This document shows, in pieces, positions 50,930 to 61,500 of a stretch of DNA of 64,000 nt. Source of the DNA: Candidatus Marinacidobacterales bacterium (GTDB lineage: Bacteria > Acidobacteriota > Vicinamibacteria > Marinacidobacterales > SMYC01); assembly GCA_965237955.1 (NCBI GenBank), contig OZ250169.1, positions 4,896,001 through 4,960,000 on the forward strand, written 5' to 3'. Numbering within the stretch: position 1 is the first letter of the stretch; the number at the start of each line of letters is the position of its first letter. The position numbers were made by a program, and so were the translations under genes. The notes under the pieces were generated by a model that searched no databases, was not told the origin of the DNA, and worked only from the letters and a program-made list of their open reading frames with translations.

Positions 50930-51451
50930 ATGAGCCTTCCCGCACACACTTACCTCGACGAGCAGGGTGTTGCATACGAAACAAAGGAGTTTCCCGCGAC
51001 CACCGAGAAAGGTGCGGCGAACGTTGCCCGAGCCCTGGGCTTTCGCGAGCACCAGATGGTGAAAACGCTGATCTTCGAGTCCGGCACGGGAGAGCGCGTG
51101 TTGGTGATGGTGGGCGGCGACAAGAGCGCGGTGTCCGGACATCTCAAGAAAGCGATCGGAAACCGCAACATCAAGATGGCTCGACCCGAGGTGGTGAAAG
51201 AAGTCACCGGGTACGAGATTGGCTCGGTACCGCCGTTTCACTGGCAGTCGACGGATTTCCGGTCCTTCGTCGACGAGGCGCTCACCGAGGAGCCGATGCT
51301 CGGAGTCGGGGCGGGCGAGTGGGGACAAGAGATTCTGATCACGCCTGCGAATCTCGTGCGCGCCTCTCGAGCGATCGTCGTGAACCTGACAGATCGTGAT
51401 CGGGCGGACACGTCTCGACAACCCCGAGATTCTGAGTGCCGAGCCCGGTAA
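50930..51451 (+). CDS. YbaK/EbsC aminoacyl-tRNA deacylase
   Basis: MVKTLI, TGYEIGSVPPF, GAG. Confidence 0.85.
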   Translation: MSLPAHTYLDEQGVAYETKEFPATTEKGAANVARALGFREHQMVKTLIFESGTGERVLVMVGGDKSAVSGHLKKAIGNRNIKMARPEVVKEVTGYEIGSVPPFHWQSTDFRSFVDEALTEEPMLGVGAGEWGQEILITPANLVRASRAIVVNLTDRDRADTSRQPRDSECRAR

Positions 51452-51469
51452 CTGTCCGGACGGGTCTTC

Positions 51470-52190
51470 GATGCACATCCGAAGCATTCCCATGGCGCAC
51501 GGGGATCACAACGCGAAACACGGCGGTATCTTGTTCATGGCGCCCAATGGGTACAACCATCTCGAAGGCACGCTCGACGAAGAGGGAACGTTTCGTCTCT
51601 ACCTCTACAACGATTTCACCAAGCCCATCGATGCGACGCCGTTCGAAGCGCGCATCGACGACGCTGACGGACCTCGTGTTGAAGCCCGAAGACGACGTTG
51701 TCATCGGTGAAGACGACTACGAGCTTTCTGTTTGTCTCGTGCTCCCGACGAGGACGAGTGAGCCGCGCGTCGCTTCCGAGTTCGAGGTGAAGCCCGGCCT
51801 CGCGACGATCGTCCGGCGCGCGACGATTTCCCTCGGCGAATGGTGCGAGGGCACGCGGCCATTAGCAACTTGGCTTCCCGGGGGAGCCTGTCGTTGGCTG
51901 GCGGCAGCGGACAAGAGTTGCCAGCAGGTGCGAGCCTCGCCGTCGAGCTCCTCTACGTCAAAGGTTGGGAAGACGAAGGCAAGCGCCTCACCGACCGCAG
52001 CGAGCTCGGCATTCGGTTCTCGGATTCGGCGCGTCCCGTGCGGGCGATGCGAGTTTCCGAGGCGAGCTACACGTTCTCCGAAGACGTCGAGCTTCTCGCG
52101 CTCTATCCCGATCCGACTCCGGACAAGCCTCTTCGGATCGAGGCGGTCAGGCCCAGCGGAGCCATCAAGGAGGCCGCAAGGTATACTAGT
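51470..52190 (+). pseudogene. Degraded gene fragments (His-rich AHGDHNAKHGG segment and others)
   Basis: Protein-like segments in shifting frames with no intact ORF. Confidence 0.35.
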
Positions 52191-52196
52191 AGTGTC

Positions 52197-52508
52197 ATGG
52201 CCACCACGACGACCACCATCTACGCTCACATCACGAAGGACCCGGAAGTCTGCGGTGGGAAAGCCTGTATCGATGGCACTCGCATCCGCGTGATGGATAT
52301 CGTCGCCCTGGAGCGTGAAGGCTACGTCCCCGAGAAGATGCTCAACGTATTTGCCGTGCCGCTTACTCTGGGCCAAGTGCACGCTGCTCTCGCTTATTAC
52401 TACGATCACCAGGCCGAGATCGAAGCCTCCTTTACCGAGGCGCACGAAAGCGCCATAGAATCCGAGCGGAAACGGGCCGAGTTTCTGAAACGACACTCCC
52501 AACCTTAG
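52197..52508 (+). CDS. DUF433 antitoxin-like protein
   Basis: ITKDPEVCGGKACIDGTRIRV...QVHAALAYY. Confidence 0.88.
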   Translation: MATTTTTIYAHITKDPEVCGGKACIDGTRIRVMDIVALEREGYVPEKMLNVFAVPLTLGQVHAALAYYYDHQAEIEASFTEAHESAIESERKRAEFLKRHSQP

Positions 52509-54433
52509 GGCCGCCGACAAAATAACTGTCTAGTTTTGAGCACACTCTTCCTGTTTCAGGTCGTGATCGCGATGTCGTCTGGCATCACGAGAGCCTGGCA
52601 AGCTCCCTAGAAACGGAACATTTGTAGATCTTCAGCAACCAGCGCGTGTTTGACAAACGGTCCTCATTTTAGGGAGGATTACGCCTATCAAGGAGCACTT
52701 CTCCTATTATGAGACCTACGAGCTATCAGTCTGAAGATCTCGACCGCCTGTTGAGGAAGCACAAAATAGCTACCCTCGATGATTTGAAGGCAGTGTTGGG
52801 TACCGATGTGGACTCGACCGTCTTCCGAAAGCTCAATGAGTTGGCGTATCGGACAAGCTACTCCCACCGTGGTAGCTACTACACGTTGGACGAGATCGCC
52901 CAGTTCGATCGAAAAGGTCTTTGGTCGTTGCGCTCAGTGTGGTTCTCGAAGTACGGGACGTTGCTTGCGACGGTAAAAGCGTTGGTCGCGGCCTGTGAGG
53001 CAGGCTACTACGTCGACGAGCTCGAGGACGTGGTGCAGGTTGACGTCAAGGCTCCTCTGTTGAAACTGGTCCGAGAGAAAAGATTGGCGCGCGAGCAGGT
53101 GTTCGGCCGATATCTGTATCTGGCCACCGATGTGAGCACGCGCAAGCAACAGCTCTCGGCCCGCCAGGTACATGAGGCGTCACCTTCCACGTTGGGCTGG
53201 GTCGGGGGAGTCCGCGTGCTCCCCGTGGAGTTGAAGGCTGCGATCGTTCTTTTCTACAGCCTGCTCGATGAAAAGCAGCGCCGTCTCTACGCGGGAGTCG
53301 AGGCCATGAAGCTCGGTCACGGTGGCGACCAACAGATTGCCGAACTGCTCGGGATGGATCCGAGCACGGTAGCCAGAGGTCGTAGGGAATTGCTAATGAG
53401 AGATGTTGAGCTCGACGGAGTTCGGCGAAAGGGTGGCGGACGGCGCGCCGTGCAAAAAAAACGCCAGAAGTCATCGCCAAGATCGAAGAACTCATGAAGC
53501 ACGACACCGCGGGCGATCCGATGACGGGAGTGAAATGGACGCGGCGGACCACCGACAAGATTGCTTGCGAGCTAAGAAGCCTCGGTGTGAACGTCAGCAG
53601 CAAAACCGTCGGTCGACTGCTCAAACAGCTCGGCTTCTCGTTGCGGGTGAACCACAAGAAGCTGTGCGGTGCCACGTCCGAAGATCGCGATACCCAATTC
53701 GCGTGTATCGCCGAACTGCGCGAGCGTTTTGCCGCAGCTGGTCATCCCATCATCAGCGTAGACACGAAGAAACGGGAGCTGGTGGGATTATTCAAAAACG
53801 GCGGGCAGGCCTGGAACCGTGAGCCGACTCTCGTCAAAGACCATGACTTCCGTTCCGAATCGAACGGCATCGCAATCCCCTACGGCGTCTACGATCTGCT
53901 CGCGAACCGCGGGACAGTGTTCATTGGTACCTCGTACAACACCCCGGACTTCGCCGTGAATGCCATCGAGAAGTGGTGGCGAACGGAAGGACGGCGACGC
54001 TATCCTGCAGCCCGTGACCTCGCGATATTGGCAGACGCCGGGGGCAGCAATGGCTATCGGTGTCGGGGTTGGAAGCACGGGCTTCAAACGCGGATTTGCA
54101 ATCGCCACGACATCGCTATCACCATAGCCCACTATCCGTCCGGTACATCCAAGTGGAATCCAGTGGAGCACCGTCTGTTCAGCGAGATCAGCAAGAACTG
54201 GGCGGGCAGGCCTCTCGACAGCTACGAAACCATCCTCAAATACATCCGCACGACCACCACCTCTTCCGGTTTGCGAGTACGCGCACACCTTATCCGGCGT
54301 CGTTATCCGAAGGGCGTCAAAATCACTGACGAGCGGATGCAGGCGCTTTCCGTTACAAAGGACCAGACTCTACCCAAATGGAACTACACCATCCGACCGT
54401 CTTGAAAACGGGAACTTATTTTGTCGCCGGCCC
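52508..54433 (+). mobile_element. ISAzo13-family element
   Basis: IRs GGGCCG(C/G)CGACAAAATAA; 3-bp TSD TTA at 52505-52507 and 54434-54436. Confidence 0.9.
52709..54405 (+). CDS. ISAzo13 transposase, two ORFs joined by a probable -1 frameshift at the A8 tract (~53454-53461)
   Basis: LDEKQRRLYAG, AGDPM, ISVDTKKRE, ADAGGSN, SKWNPVEHRLFS, WNYTI. Confidence 0.85.
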
Positions 54434-54436
54434 TTA

Positions 54437-54793
54437 GTGCCTCGGTTCCCGCTCTTTACAGACAACCACGTCCGGCAACAGCTCATTGACGGGCTTGTGC
54501 AACGAGGCTGGGATGTTCAAAGAGCCATTGACGTCTTTCCTGAAGGGACCCTCGACTCCGTCCTCTTCCCGTACGCCGCTGAACAGGAACGGGTCTTCGT
54601 CACCAATGACAACCGGATAGCAGCGACCGGTGAGCAATGGCTCGCGGAAGGTAAAACGTTCACGGGGCTCATCGTTTGGGAGCTGGATCATCATCGCCGC
54701 TTGAGTGAAGGCTGGTTCATCCAGAAGTTCGAAGCGCTCGCAGTGGAAGACGCCCCTTTCCTTTATCCCATCCGACACCTCAGCCCGGACTAA
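54437..54793 (+). CDS. DUF5615/PIN-like toxin
   Basis: LFTDNHV...DSVLF.YA..QERVFVTND; usual partner of DUF433. Confidence 0.8.
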   Translation: MPRFPLFTDNHVRQQLIDGLVQRGWDVQRAIDVFPEGTLDSVLFPYAAEQERVFVTNDNRIAATGEQWLAEGKTFTGLIVWELDHHRRLSEGWFIQKFEALAVEDAPFLYPIRHLSPD

Positions 54794-54994
54794 CGCAAGC
54801 AAACTTCATCCATCGGGAGACGGGCGAGCGCCGCCGACACTTCCTCCACGAGACAGTCCTGCAACGCGCCGTCCGTCGAGCCGTGCTCGCGTCACGAATT
54901 GGCAAGCCCGCGAGTTGTCACACGCGGGTGTCACGTTGATCGACGGCACTGGCGCTCCACCTAAGAAAGAGCGCTTGGATCCTCAAAAATCTTC

Positions 54995-55038
54995 TTGATC
55001 TCCGGCTCGCTTATACGTATGATTAAAACGAACGTTTG
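54995..55038 (+). promoter_or_regulatory. Promoter and palindromic TetR operator
   Basis: TTGATC-17 bp-TATGAT, then AAACGAACGTTT at 55026-55037. Confidence 0.6.
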
Positions 55039-55057
55039 AATGAGGCTAGGCTGATCC

Positions 55058-55678
55058 GTGAGTACGAAAGAAAAGATTTTGGATGCGGCCGAGGAGCTGT
55101 TCGCGGACCAAGGGTTTGCGTCGACGTCGCTGCGGGATATCACCACCGAAGCGGACGTCAACCTCGCTGCCGTGAACTATCACTTCGGCTCGAAACTCGA
55201 CTTGCTCAGGGCTGTCTTCGCTCGACGGTTCGGGCCAGTGAATGCGGAGCGGCTCGAACGGTTGGATTCGCTCGACGATCCGGATGTCGAAGAGTTGTTA
55301 CGTGCGTTCTTCGCTCCGCTGTTCAAGCGTTTGCGCGAGCCTGGAAACGGCTGGGCAAAGTTCATGCAACTCGTGGGCCGCACGCACTCGGACACCAACG
55401 ACGAGATCCGTGCTTGCCTGCTCGAGCAAGTCCAGGTCATCGCCAAACGCTTTACCGAAGCACTCGAGGCGGCGCTTCCCGAGCTACCTCCCGACGTCTT
55501 CAGCTCGCGATTTCACTTCGTCGTAGGGGCCATGGCGCACACGTTCGCTTTCTGCCGGCACGAAGATATGCCACTCGTCCACGCCCTACCGGAGCCCGAC
55601 GCGATTCTGGAGAACCTGGTCGATTTTGCCGTCGCCGGTTTGCGAGCCCCGGTGAGAAGCGTCATATCTCAAGGGTAA
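55058..55678 (+). CDS. TetR/AcrR regulator (PsrA-like)
   Basis: TKEKILDAAEELF...VNLAAVNYHFGSK. Confidence 0.92.
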   Translation: MSTKEKILDAAEELFADQGFASTSLRDITTEADVNLAAVNYHFGSKLDLLRAVFARRFGPVNAERLERLDSLDDPDVEELLRAFFAPLFKRLREPGNGWAKFMQLVGRTHSDTNDEIRACLLEQVQVIAKRFTEALEAALPELPPDVFSSRFHFVVGAMAHTFAFCRHEDMPLVHALPEPDAILENLVDFAVAGLRAPVRSVISQG

Positions 55679-55680
55679 CG

Positions 55681-57102
55681 ATGAACACTCGCTGGCTACT
55701 ACCCCGGTCGCTCTTGTTACTCATTGCCGGCTGCGTCAAAGCGCCGCCGATCGAAACGCCCGAGCTTCCCGTGCAGGCACCCGAAGTGTGGACCACGGGA
55801 GAGGAAGTTTCGTCGGAGCTCGATCCGGAGTGGTGGAGAACGTTCGGCGACGAAAAGCTCGACAGCGTCGTCGCCGAAGCGCTCGCAACCAACTACGACC
55901 TTGCCATCGCGGCGGCGCGCCTCGAGCAAGCGTCGGCCGACGCGAAGGTAGCCGCGGCCGATTTGTACCCGCAGGTTCGTGCGAACCTGAGCGGTGCGAG
56001 ACGCAAGCAGAACTTCATCGGGTTTCCCATCCCGGGAAGCGAGGGCCGAGTCCTTTCGTCGACGTCGACCAACCTCGGCTTTAGCATCGAGGCGAGCTGG
56101 GAGATCGATCTTTTGGGGCGCTTGTCCGCTCAGGCGCGCGCGTCACTCGCGAGCTATCAGGCGAGCGCCGCCGACGTGGACGGTGCGCGTTTGTCCATTG
56201 CCGGACGGACGGTCAAAGCGTGGTTTGCCGCGGCGGAAGCCGTCGAGCAGCTTCGTCTGGCGGACGCGACCCTCGCGAGCTTCCAGGAATCGACAGATCA
56301 GGTTCGCCAGCGCTACGAGGCGGGGATTCGTCCGTCGCTCGATTACCGGTTATCGCTCGCGAACCTTGCCGCCGCCAAGGCCAACCTGTTCAATCGGCAA
56401 CAGCAACTCGACCTTGCAAAGCGTCAGCTAGAAGTTCTGCTCGGACGCTATCCCGGTGCGGAGATCCAAACGCCCGCGGCCCTCGGCGCCACGCCGCCCG
56501 AGATTCCGCCGGGCCTGCCCGCGGAGCTCGTGGCACGGCGACCTGATCTCGCAGCGGCGGAGAGACGCCTCGTTGCTTCGGGCGAGCTCGTCTCTCTCTC
56601 GCGTCGTGCCCGCTATCCGAGAATAACCCTCACCACCGCCGCTGGAACCGCCACCGCCGCGCTCACGAGTCTACTCGACGGCAACTTCGGTGTGTGGAGC
56701 CTCGTTGGGAATCTCGTGCAACCCATCTTCGAGGGCGGTCGGATTCGAGCCAACATCGAACGTGCCGAGGCTTCAGAGGACGAGCGGCTGGCCGTCTACA
56801 TCAACGCGGTTCTGACCGCGTATCTCGAAGTCGAGCGTGCCCTCGCGGCCGAGGCGTTCCTGGCCGAGCGAGAGACGGCGCTGGCGGAAGCTTCGGGGCA
56901 GTCCACCGCGGCCGAGCGGCTCGCGGACGATCGCTATCGCTCCGGTCTCGAAGGCTACGTCACGGTTCTGGAATCCCAGCGGCGCTCCTTCGATGCCGAA
57001 AGTGCTCTCATTTCCGTCCGCCGCGTCCGATTGGACAACCGCGTCGACCTCTACCTGTCGCTGGGCGGCGGGTTTGACCGCTACCAGGATCCGAACAGGT
57101 GA
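55681..57102 (+). CDS. RND outer-membrane factor lipoprotein
   Basis: Lipobox IAGC; WWRTFGD, RRPDL, LYLSLGGG. Confidence 0.92.
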   Translation: MNTRWLLPRSLLLLIAGCVKAPPIETPELPVQAPEVWTTGEEVSSELDPEWWRTFGDEKLDSVVAEALATNYDLAIAAARLEQASADAKVAAADLYPQVRANLSGARRKQNFIGFPIPGSEGRVLSSTSTNLGFSIEASWEIDLLGRLSAQARASLASYQASAADVDGARLSIAGRTVKAWFAAAEAVEQLRLADATLASFQESTDQVRQRYEAGIRPSLDYRLSLANLAAAKANLFNRQQQLDLAKRQLEVLLGRYPGAEIQTPAALGATPPEIPPGLPAELVARRPDLAAAERRLVASGELVSLSRRARYPRITLTTAAGTATAALTSLLDGNFGVWSLVGNLVQPIFEGGRIRANIERAEASEDERLAVYINAVLTAYLEVERALAAEAFLAERETALAEASGQSTAAERLADDRYRSGLEGYVTVLESQRRSFDAESALISVRRVRLDNRVDLYLSLGGGFDRYQDPNR

Positions 57103-57107
57103 CCTCC

Positions 57108-58301
57108 ATGGCTATTGAGAAACGGAAGATTCTCTGGACCGTCATCGCACCTGCGGCGGTCTTGTTCATGGGAATCGTCGTTGCGTTCACGATGATTGCG
57201 CTCAAACCGGACGTAGAGACGCGCGCTCCCGTCGTAACACAACCGCTCGTGCGTGTGGCCACGGTGAAGCTCGAAAGCCGGCGACTGACGGTCGAAAGCC
57301 AGGGGACGGTGAGCCCGCGCACCGAGAGCCAGCTCGTTCCGGAAGTGTCGGGTCAGGTGATCTGGGTCTCGGATTCGTTCGCGTCCGGAGGTTTTTTCGA
57401 GAAGGGTGAAGTGCTCGTCAAGATCGATCCCTTCGACTACGACCAGGCACTGGTTACGGCGAAATCCGAGCTCGCTCGCACCAAGCTGCGCCTCGCCCAG
57501 GAAGAGGCCGAAGCCCGCGTCGCGCGGGAAGAGTGGGAGGAGCTGGGCCGTGGCGACGGCACGCCGCTCACGCTTCGTGAGCCCCATCTCGCGGACGCAC
57601 ACGCTGCGGTGGACGCCGGCGCCGCGAACGTCGAGCGCGCCGCGCGAAACGGTGAGCGAACCGTGATTCGAGCGCCCTACGCGGGCCGAATCCGACAGGA
57701 GAGTGTGGACGTCGGGCAGTTCGTTACCATCGGAGCTCCGATCGCGACGATCTACTCCGTCGACGCGGCCGAAGTGAGGCTTCCGCTTCCGGACGACGAT
57801 CTGGCTTTCGTCGATTTGCCGATGACGTATCGCGGCGGGGGCGAGGCGCGTGTCCAGCCACCCGTGGTGTTGTCGACCACGTTCGCGGGCGAGCGACACG
57901 AATGGCGGGGTCGCATCGTCCGCACCGAAGGGGAGATCGACCCCGCGACGCGCATGATCCACGCGGTCGCTCGTGTCGACGATCCTTACGCACCAGGCGA
58001 CAACCCCAGGCGCCCACCGCTCAACGCCGGCATGTTCGTCCACGCCGAGATCGAAGGCCGGCAAGTCGAGGACGTCACCGTGTTGCCCCGCGCGGCGCTC
58101 AGGGCCGGAAGCCGCATGTGGGTCGTCGACGCGGATAGCAGGCTGCGCTACCGCGACGTCGTCGTCCTCCGAGCCACCGAGAGCGAAGTCATCGTTTCCG
58201 AGGGTTTGCACGATGGTGAGCTCGTGGTGTTGTCGCCACTCGATGCAACCACGGATGGCATGACGGTACGGATTTCCGACGAGGAAGGGAAGTCGCTATG
58301 A
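57108..58301 (+). CDS. RND periplasmic adaptor (MFP)
   Basis: PEVSGQV, IRAPYAGRI, GEIDPATR. Confidence 0.92.
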   Translation: MAIEKRKILWTVIAPAAVLFMGIVVAFTMIALKPDVETRAPVVTQPLVRVATVKLESRRLTVESQGTVSPRTESQLVPEVSGQVIWVSDSFASGGFFEKGEVLVKIDPFDYDQALVTAKSELARTKLRLAQEEAEARVAREEWEELGRGDGTPLTLREPHLADAHAAVDAGAANVERAARNGERTVIRAPYAGRIRQESVDVGQFVTIGAPIATIYSVDAAEVRLPLPDDDLAFVDLPMTYRGGGEARVQPPVVLSTTFAGERHEWRGRIVRTEGEIDPATRMIHAVARVDDPYAPGDNPRRPPLNAGMFVHAEIEGRQVEDVTVLPRAALRAGSRMWVVDADSRLRYRDVVVLRATESEVIVSEGLHDGELVVLSPLDATTDGMTVRISDEEGKSL

Positions 58302-61300
58302 ACGGTGCCATCGAGTGGTTCGCGAAAAACCCGGTCGCGGCGAACCTCTTCATGGTGCTCATCCTCGCGGGAGGCCTGATGAGCACCGTCACCACCAAAC
58401 GTGAAGTCTTTCCCGAGATCAACATGGACCTCATTTCCGTCGAAGTTCGCTATCTCGGTGCGGCTCCCGAAGAAGTCGAAGAGGGTGTTTCCGTCCGTAT
58501 CGAGGAAGCGATCCAGGGGATCGATGGCGTCAAGCGGATTACCTCCACGTCGGCCGAAGGCATGGGCCAGGTTGTGGCGGAGCTCGACATCGGTGCCGAC
58601 TCGAGCCGTGTTGCCGACGAAGTGAAATCCCGCGTCGATGCGATCGAGACCTTTCCCTCGGAGACAGAAAAGCCCATCATTCGTGAGATCACGAACGAGC
58701 ATCAGGTCATCAACGTGGCGGTGTCGGGGCCGGCGGACGAAACGACTCTGAAGCGTCTGGGTGAGCGCGTCCGGGACGAGATCTCGGCGCTCGAAGGCAT
58801 TACGCTGGTGGAGCTCCAGAACGCACGGCCGTACGAGATCTCGATCGAGGTTTCCGAGGAAGCGTTGAGACGGCATGGCCTGACGTTCGATCAGATCGCG
58901 CGCGCGGTACGGATGTCGTCGCTCGATTTGCCCGGAGGCTCGGTCAAGACCGCAGGCGGGGAGGTTCTCCTCCGGACCAAAGGACAGGCTTACGTCGGAC
59001 GCGAGTACGAAGAGCTCGTTCTGCTGACCCGCCGGAACGGAACCCGGATCAAGCTCGGCGACGTCGCCACGGTTGTCGATGGCTTTGCCGAGACCGATCA
59101 GAAAGCCCGGTTCGACGGTGAGCCTTCCGTTTTCGTGGAGGTTCACCGCTCGTCCGACCAGAGCGTGCTCGAGCTCGTGGACACGGTGCACGCCTACGTG
59201 AGAGAGGCGCAAGCGCGGATGCCCGAGGGCATCTCGCTCACGATCTGGCAAGATCAGTCGAAAACGCTTCGGGATCGCTTGAGCCTTTTGCTGCGAAACG
59301 GTGCCGGCGGGCTCGTCCTCGTCTTCATCAGCCTGGCGTTGTTTCTGCGTTTCCGTCTCGCCTTTTGGGTGAGCATGGGTATCCCAATATCGTTTCTGGG
59401 CGCGATGTGGGTCATTCCCAACTTCGATGTCTCGATCAATTTGATGTCGCTGTTTGCTTTTATCGTCGTGTTGGGGATTGTCGTCGACGATGCCATCGTT
59501 GTCGGCGAGAATATCTACACGCATCAGCAGCAGCACGGTCTGGGACTCAAGGGGGCCATTGACGGTGCGAAAGAAGTGGCCGTGCCGGTCACGTTCGGCG
59601 TCCTGACCACGGTCGCCGCTTTCGCTCCCATGCTCTCCGCCGAGGGTGTGATGGGCAAGTTCATGCGGGTGCTTCCGCTCATCGTGATCCCGTGCCTGCT
59701 GTTCTCGTTTATCGAGTCGAAGTTCATCTTGCCGTCGCACCTTTCCCATATCGGGACAAAGGAGCTCCTCGGCGAGAAAGGGCCGTGGCAAGGGTTTCAA
59801 GAGCGTTTCTCCGGCGGCCTCAGCTGGTTCGCGCACAACGTGTACGCGCCTGTTCTCGAGCACGCGTTGCGGTTTCGGTACCTGACGGTCTCAATGGCAA
59901 TGGCGCTTTTGATCGTGACGCTCGGGATGGTGGGCGCGGGCTGGGTGAGTTTCGACTTCTTGCCGGCGGTAGAGGCCGACCATGTCGCGTCCACGTTGAC
60001 GATGCCGCAGGGAACTCCCGTGGACGTCACGTCGACGGCGGTCGAGCGATTGGAGAACGCCGCGGTAGAGCTCAGCCGTCAGCTCGAAGAGCAAACCGGT
60101 CAACCCATCTTTCGACATATCTCGGCTTCCGTGGGTGACCAGCCCTATACCGCGGCGCAGAGCCAACGGTTCGGCTTTGGCGCGGCCGCGTCCGGGTCCC
60201 ACCTCGGCGAGGTTACGATCGAGCTGACTCCTGCGGAGGCGCGGGGAGGGATCGGAAGCGAGGAGCTCGCCAGACGGTGGGAAGAGATCGCGGGCGCGAT
60301 ACCGGACGCGGTCGAGCTCAAGTTCACCGCCTCGATGTTCTCGACCGGCGAGGACGTCAACGTCGAGCTTACTGGTTCCAGTCTGGACAATTTGAGGATG
60401 GCGGCCGAGGAGATCAAGGCACGGCTTCGCGAGTATCCAGGGGTGTCTCAGATCACCGACACGTTCCGTACCGGTAAGCGCGAGATCAAGCTCGACATCA
60501 AGCCCGAGGCCGAGCTCCTCGGGCTCACGTTGAACGACCTCGGATGGCAAGTTCGTCAAGCTTTCTACGGCGAGGAGGCGCAGCGTATTCAACGCGGTCG
60601 AGACGATATTCGCGTCATGGTGCGCTACCCCTACGAAGAGCGGACGTCGCTCGGTAATCTCGAGAACATGCGTATCCGCACCCCCTCGGGTTACGAGGTT
60701 CCGTTCAGCCAGGTCGCGATTCTCGACGAGGGCCGGGGGAATTCGTCCATCCGCCGCGTCGACCGCAAGCGCGCGGTTAGTGTTACCGCCGATGTGGACG
60801 CGAACGTCGTGGCTACCGGAGACGTCATCGCCGACCTGAGAGACAGAATCGTTCCCGAGATCCTGGCCGACTATCCGGGCGTCTATTTCTCGTTCGAAGG
60901 TCAGGCGGCAGAGCAGCGCAACTCGATTGAGGGGTTGCAACGCGGGTTCGTGGTCGCGCTACTGGTGATCTTCACGCTCCTGGCGATACCCCTGAAATCC
61001 TACATCCAGCCGCTCATCATCATGACCGCGATACCGTTCGGCGTGGTGGGTGCGATCTGGGGACACGTCTTCATGGGCATCAACTTGACGATCTTGTCGA
61101 TGTTCGGCCTGGTTGCGCTAACCGGCGTCGTCGTCAACGACAGCCTGGTGTTGGTGGATTTCGTCAACCGTAAACGTCGAGCCGAACTTTCCCTCGGCGC
61201 GGCCGTGCGTGAGGCGGGACGGGCACGCTTCCGTCCGATCCTGCTGACGTCGATGACAACGTTCCTAGGGCTTACGCCGCTGCTGATGGAAAAGAGCCTT

Positions 61301-61489
61301 CAGGCGCAGTTTTTGATCCCGATGGCGGTGTCCCTGGCTTTCGGGGTGCTGTTCGCGACGTTTATTTCCCTGCTGATCGTGCCGGCGGTGTATCTCATCA
61401 TCGCCGACATCACGAGCGCGATCGCGATGATACAGGGTGAGCGCGAGCCGGTGGAACATGAAGGATTTGATGAGACGATTGTTAGTTAG
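58298..61489 (+). CDS. RND efflux permease (AcrB/AcrD/AcrF family)
   Basis: GIVVDDAIVVGEN, RFRPILLTSMTT; 1063 aa. Confidence 0.95.
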   Translation: MNGAIEWFAKNPVAANLFMVLILAGGLMSTVTTKREVFPEINMDLISVEVRYLGAAPEEVEEGVSVRIEEAIQGIDGVKRITSTSAEGMGQVVAELDIGADSSRVADEVKSRVDAIETFPSETEKPIIREITNEHQVINVAVSGPADETTLKRLGERVRDEISALEGITLVELQNARPYEISIEVSEEALRRHGLTFDQIARAVRMSSLDLPGGSVKTAGGEVLLRTKGQAYVGREYEELVLLTRRNGTRIKLGDVATVVDGFAETDQKARFDGEPSVFVEVHRSSDQSVLELVDTVHAYVREAQARMPEGISLTIWQDQSKTLRDRLSLLLRNGAGGLVLVFISLALFLRFRLAFWVSMGIPISFLGAMWVIPNFDVSINLMSLFAFIVVLGIVVDDAIVVGENIYTHQQQHGLGLKGAIDGAKEVAVPVTFGVLTTVAAFAPMLSAEGVMGKFMRVLPLIVIPCLLFSFIESKFILPSHLSHIGTKELLGEKGPWQGFQERFSGGLSWFAHNVYAPVLEHALRFRYLTVSMAMALLIVTLGMVGAGWVSFDFLPAVEADHVASTLTMPQGTPVDVTSTAVERLENAAVELSRQLEEQTGQPIFRHISASVGDQPYTAAQSQRFGFGAAASGSHLGEVTIELTPAEARGGIGSEELARRWEEIAGAIPDAVELKFTASMFSTGEDVNVELTGSSLDNLRMAAEEIKARLREYPGVSQITDTFRTGKREIKLDIKPEAELLGLTLNDLGWQVRQAFYGEEAQRIQRGRDDIRVMVRYPYEERTSLGNLENMRIRTPSGYEVPFSQVAILDEGRGNSSIRRVDRKRAVSVTADVDANVVATGDVIADLRDRIVPEILADYPGVYFSFEGQAAEQRNSIEGLQRGFVVALLVIFTLLAIPLKSYIQPLIIMTAIPFGVVGAIWGHVFMGINLTILSMFGLVALTGVVVNDSLVLVDFVNRKRRAELSLGAAVREAGRARFRPILLTSMTTFLGLTPLLMEKSLQAQFLIPMAVSLAFGVLFATFISLLIVPAVYLIIADITSAIAMIQGEREPVEHEGFDETIVS

Positions 61490-61500
61490 TTAGCTAGCTA

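Noticed and set aside
54920-54965. VTLIDGTGAPP, resembling an amidohydrolase N-terminus
   Set aside because: Too short to call as a feature.
55036-55680. N-terminal extension of the 688-aa ORF
   Set aside because: It overlaps TetR in another frame; the lipoprotein signal starts at 55681.
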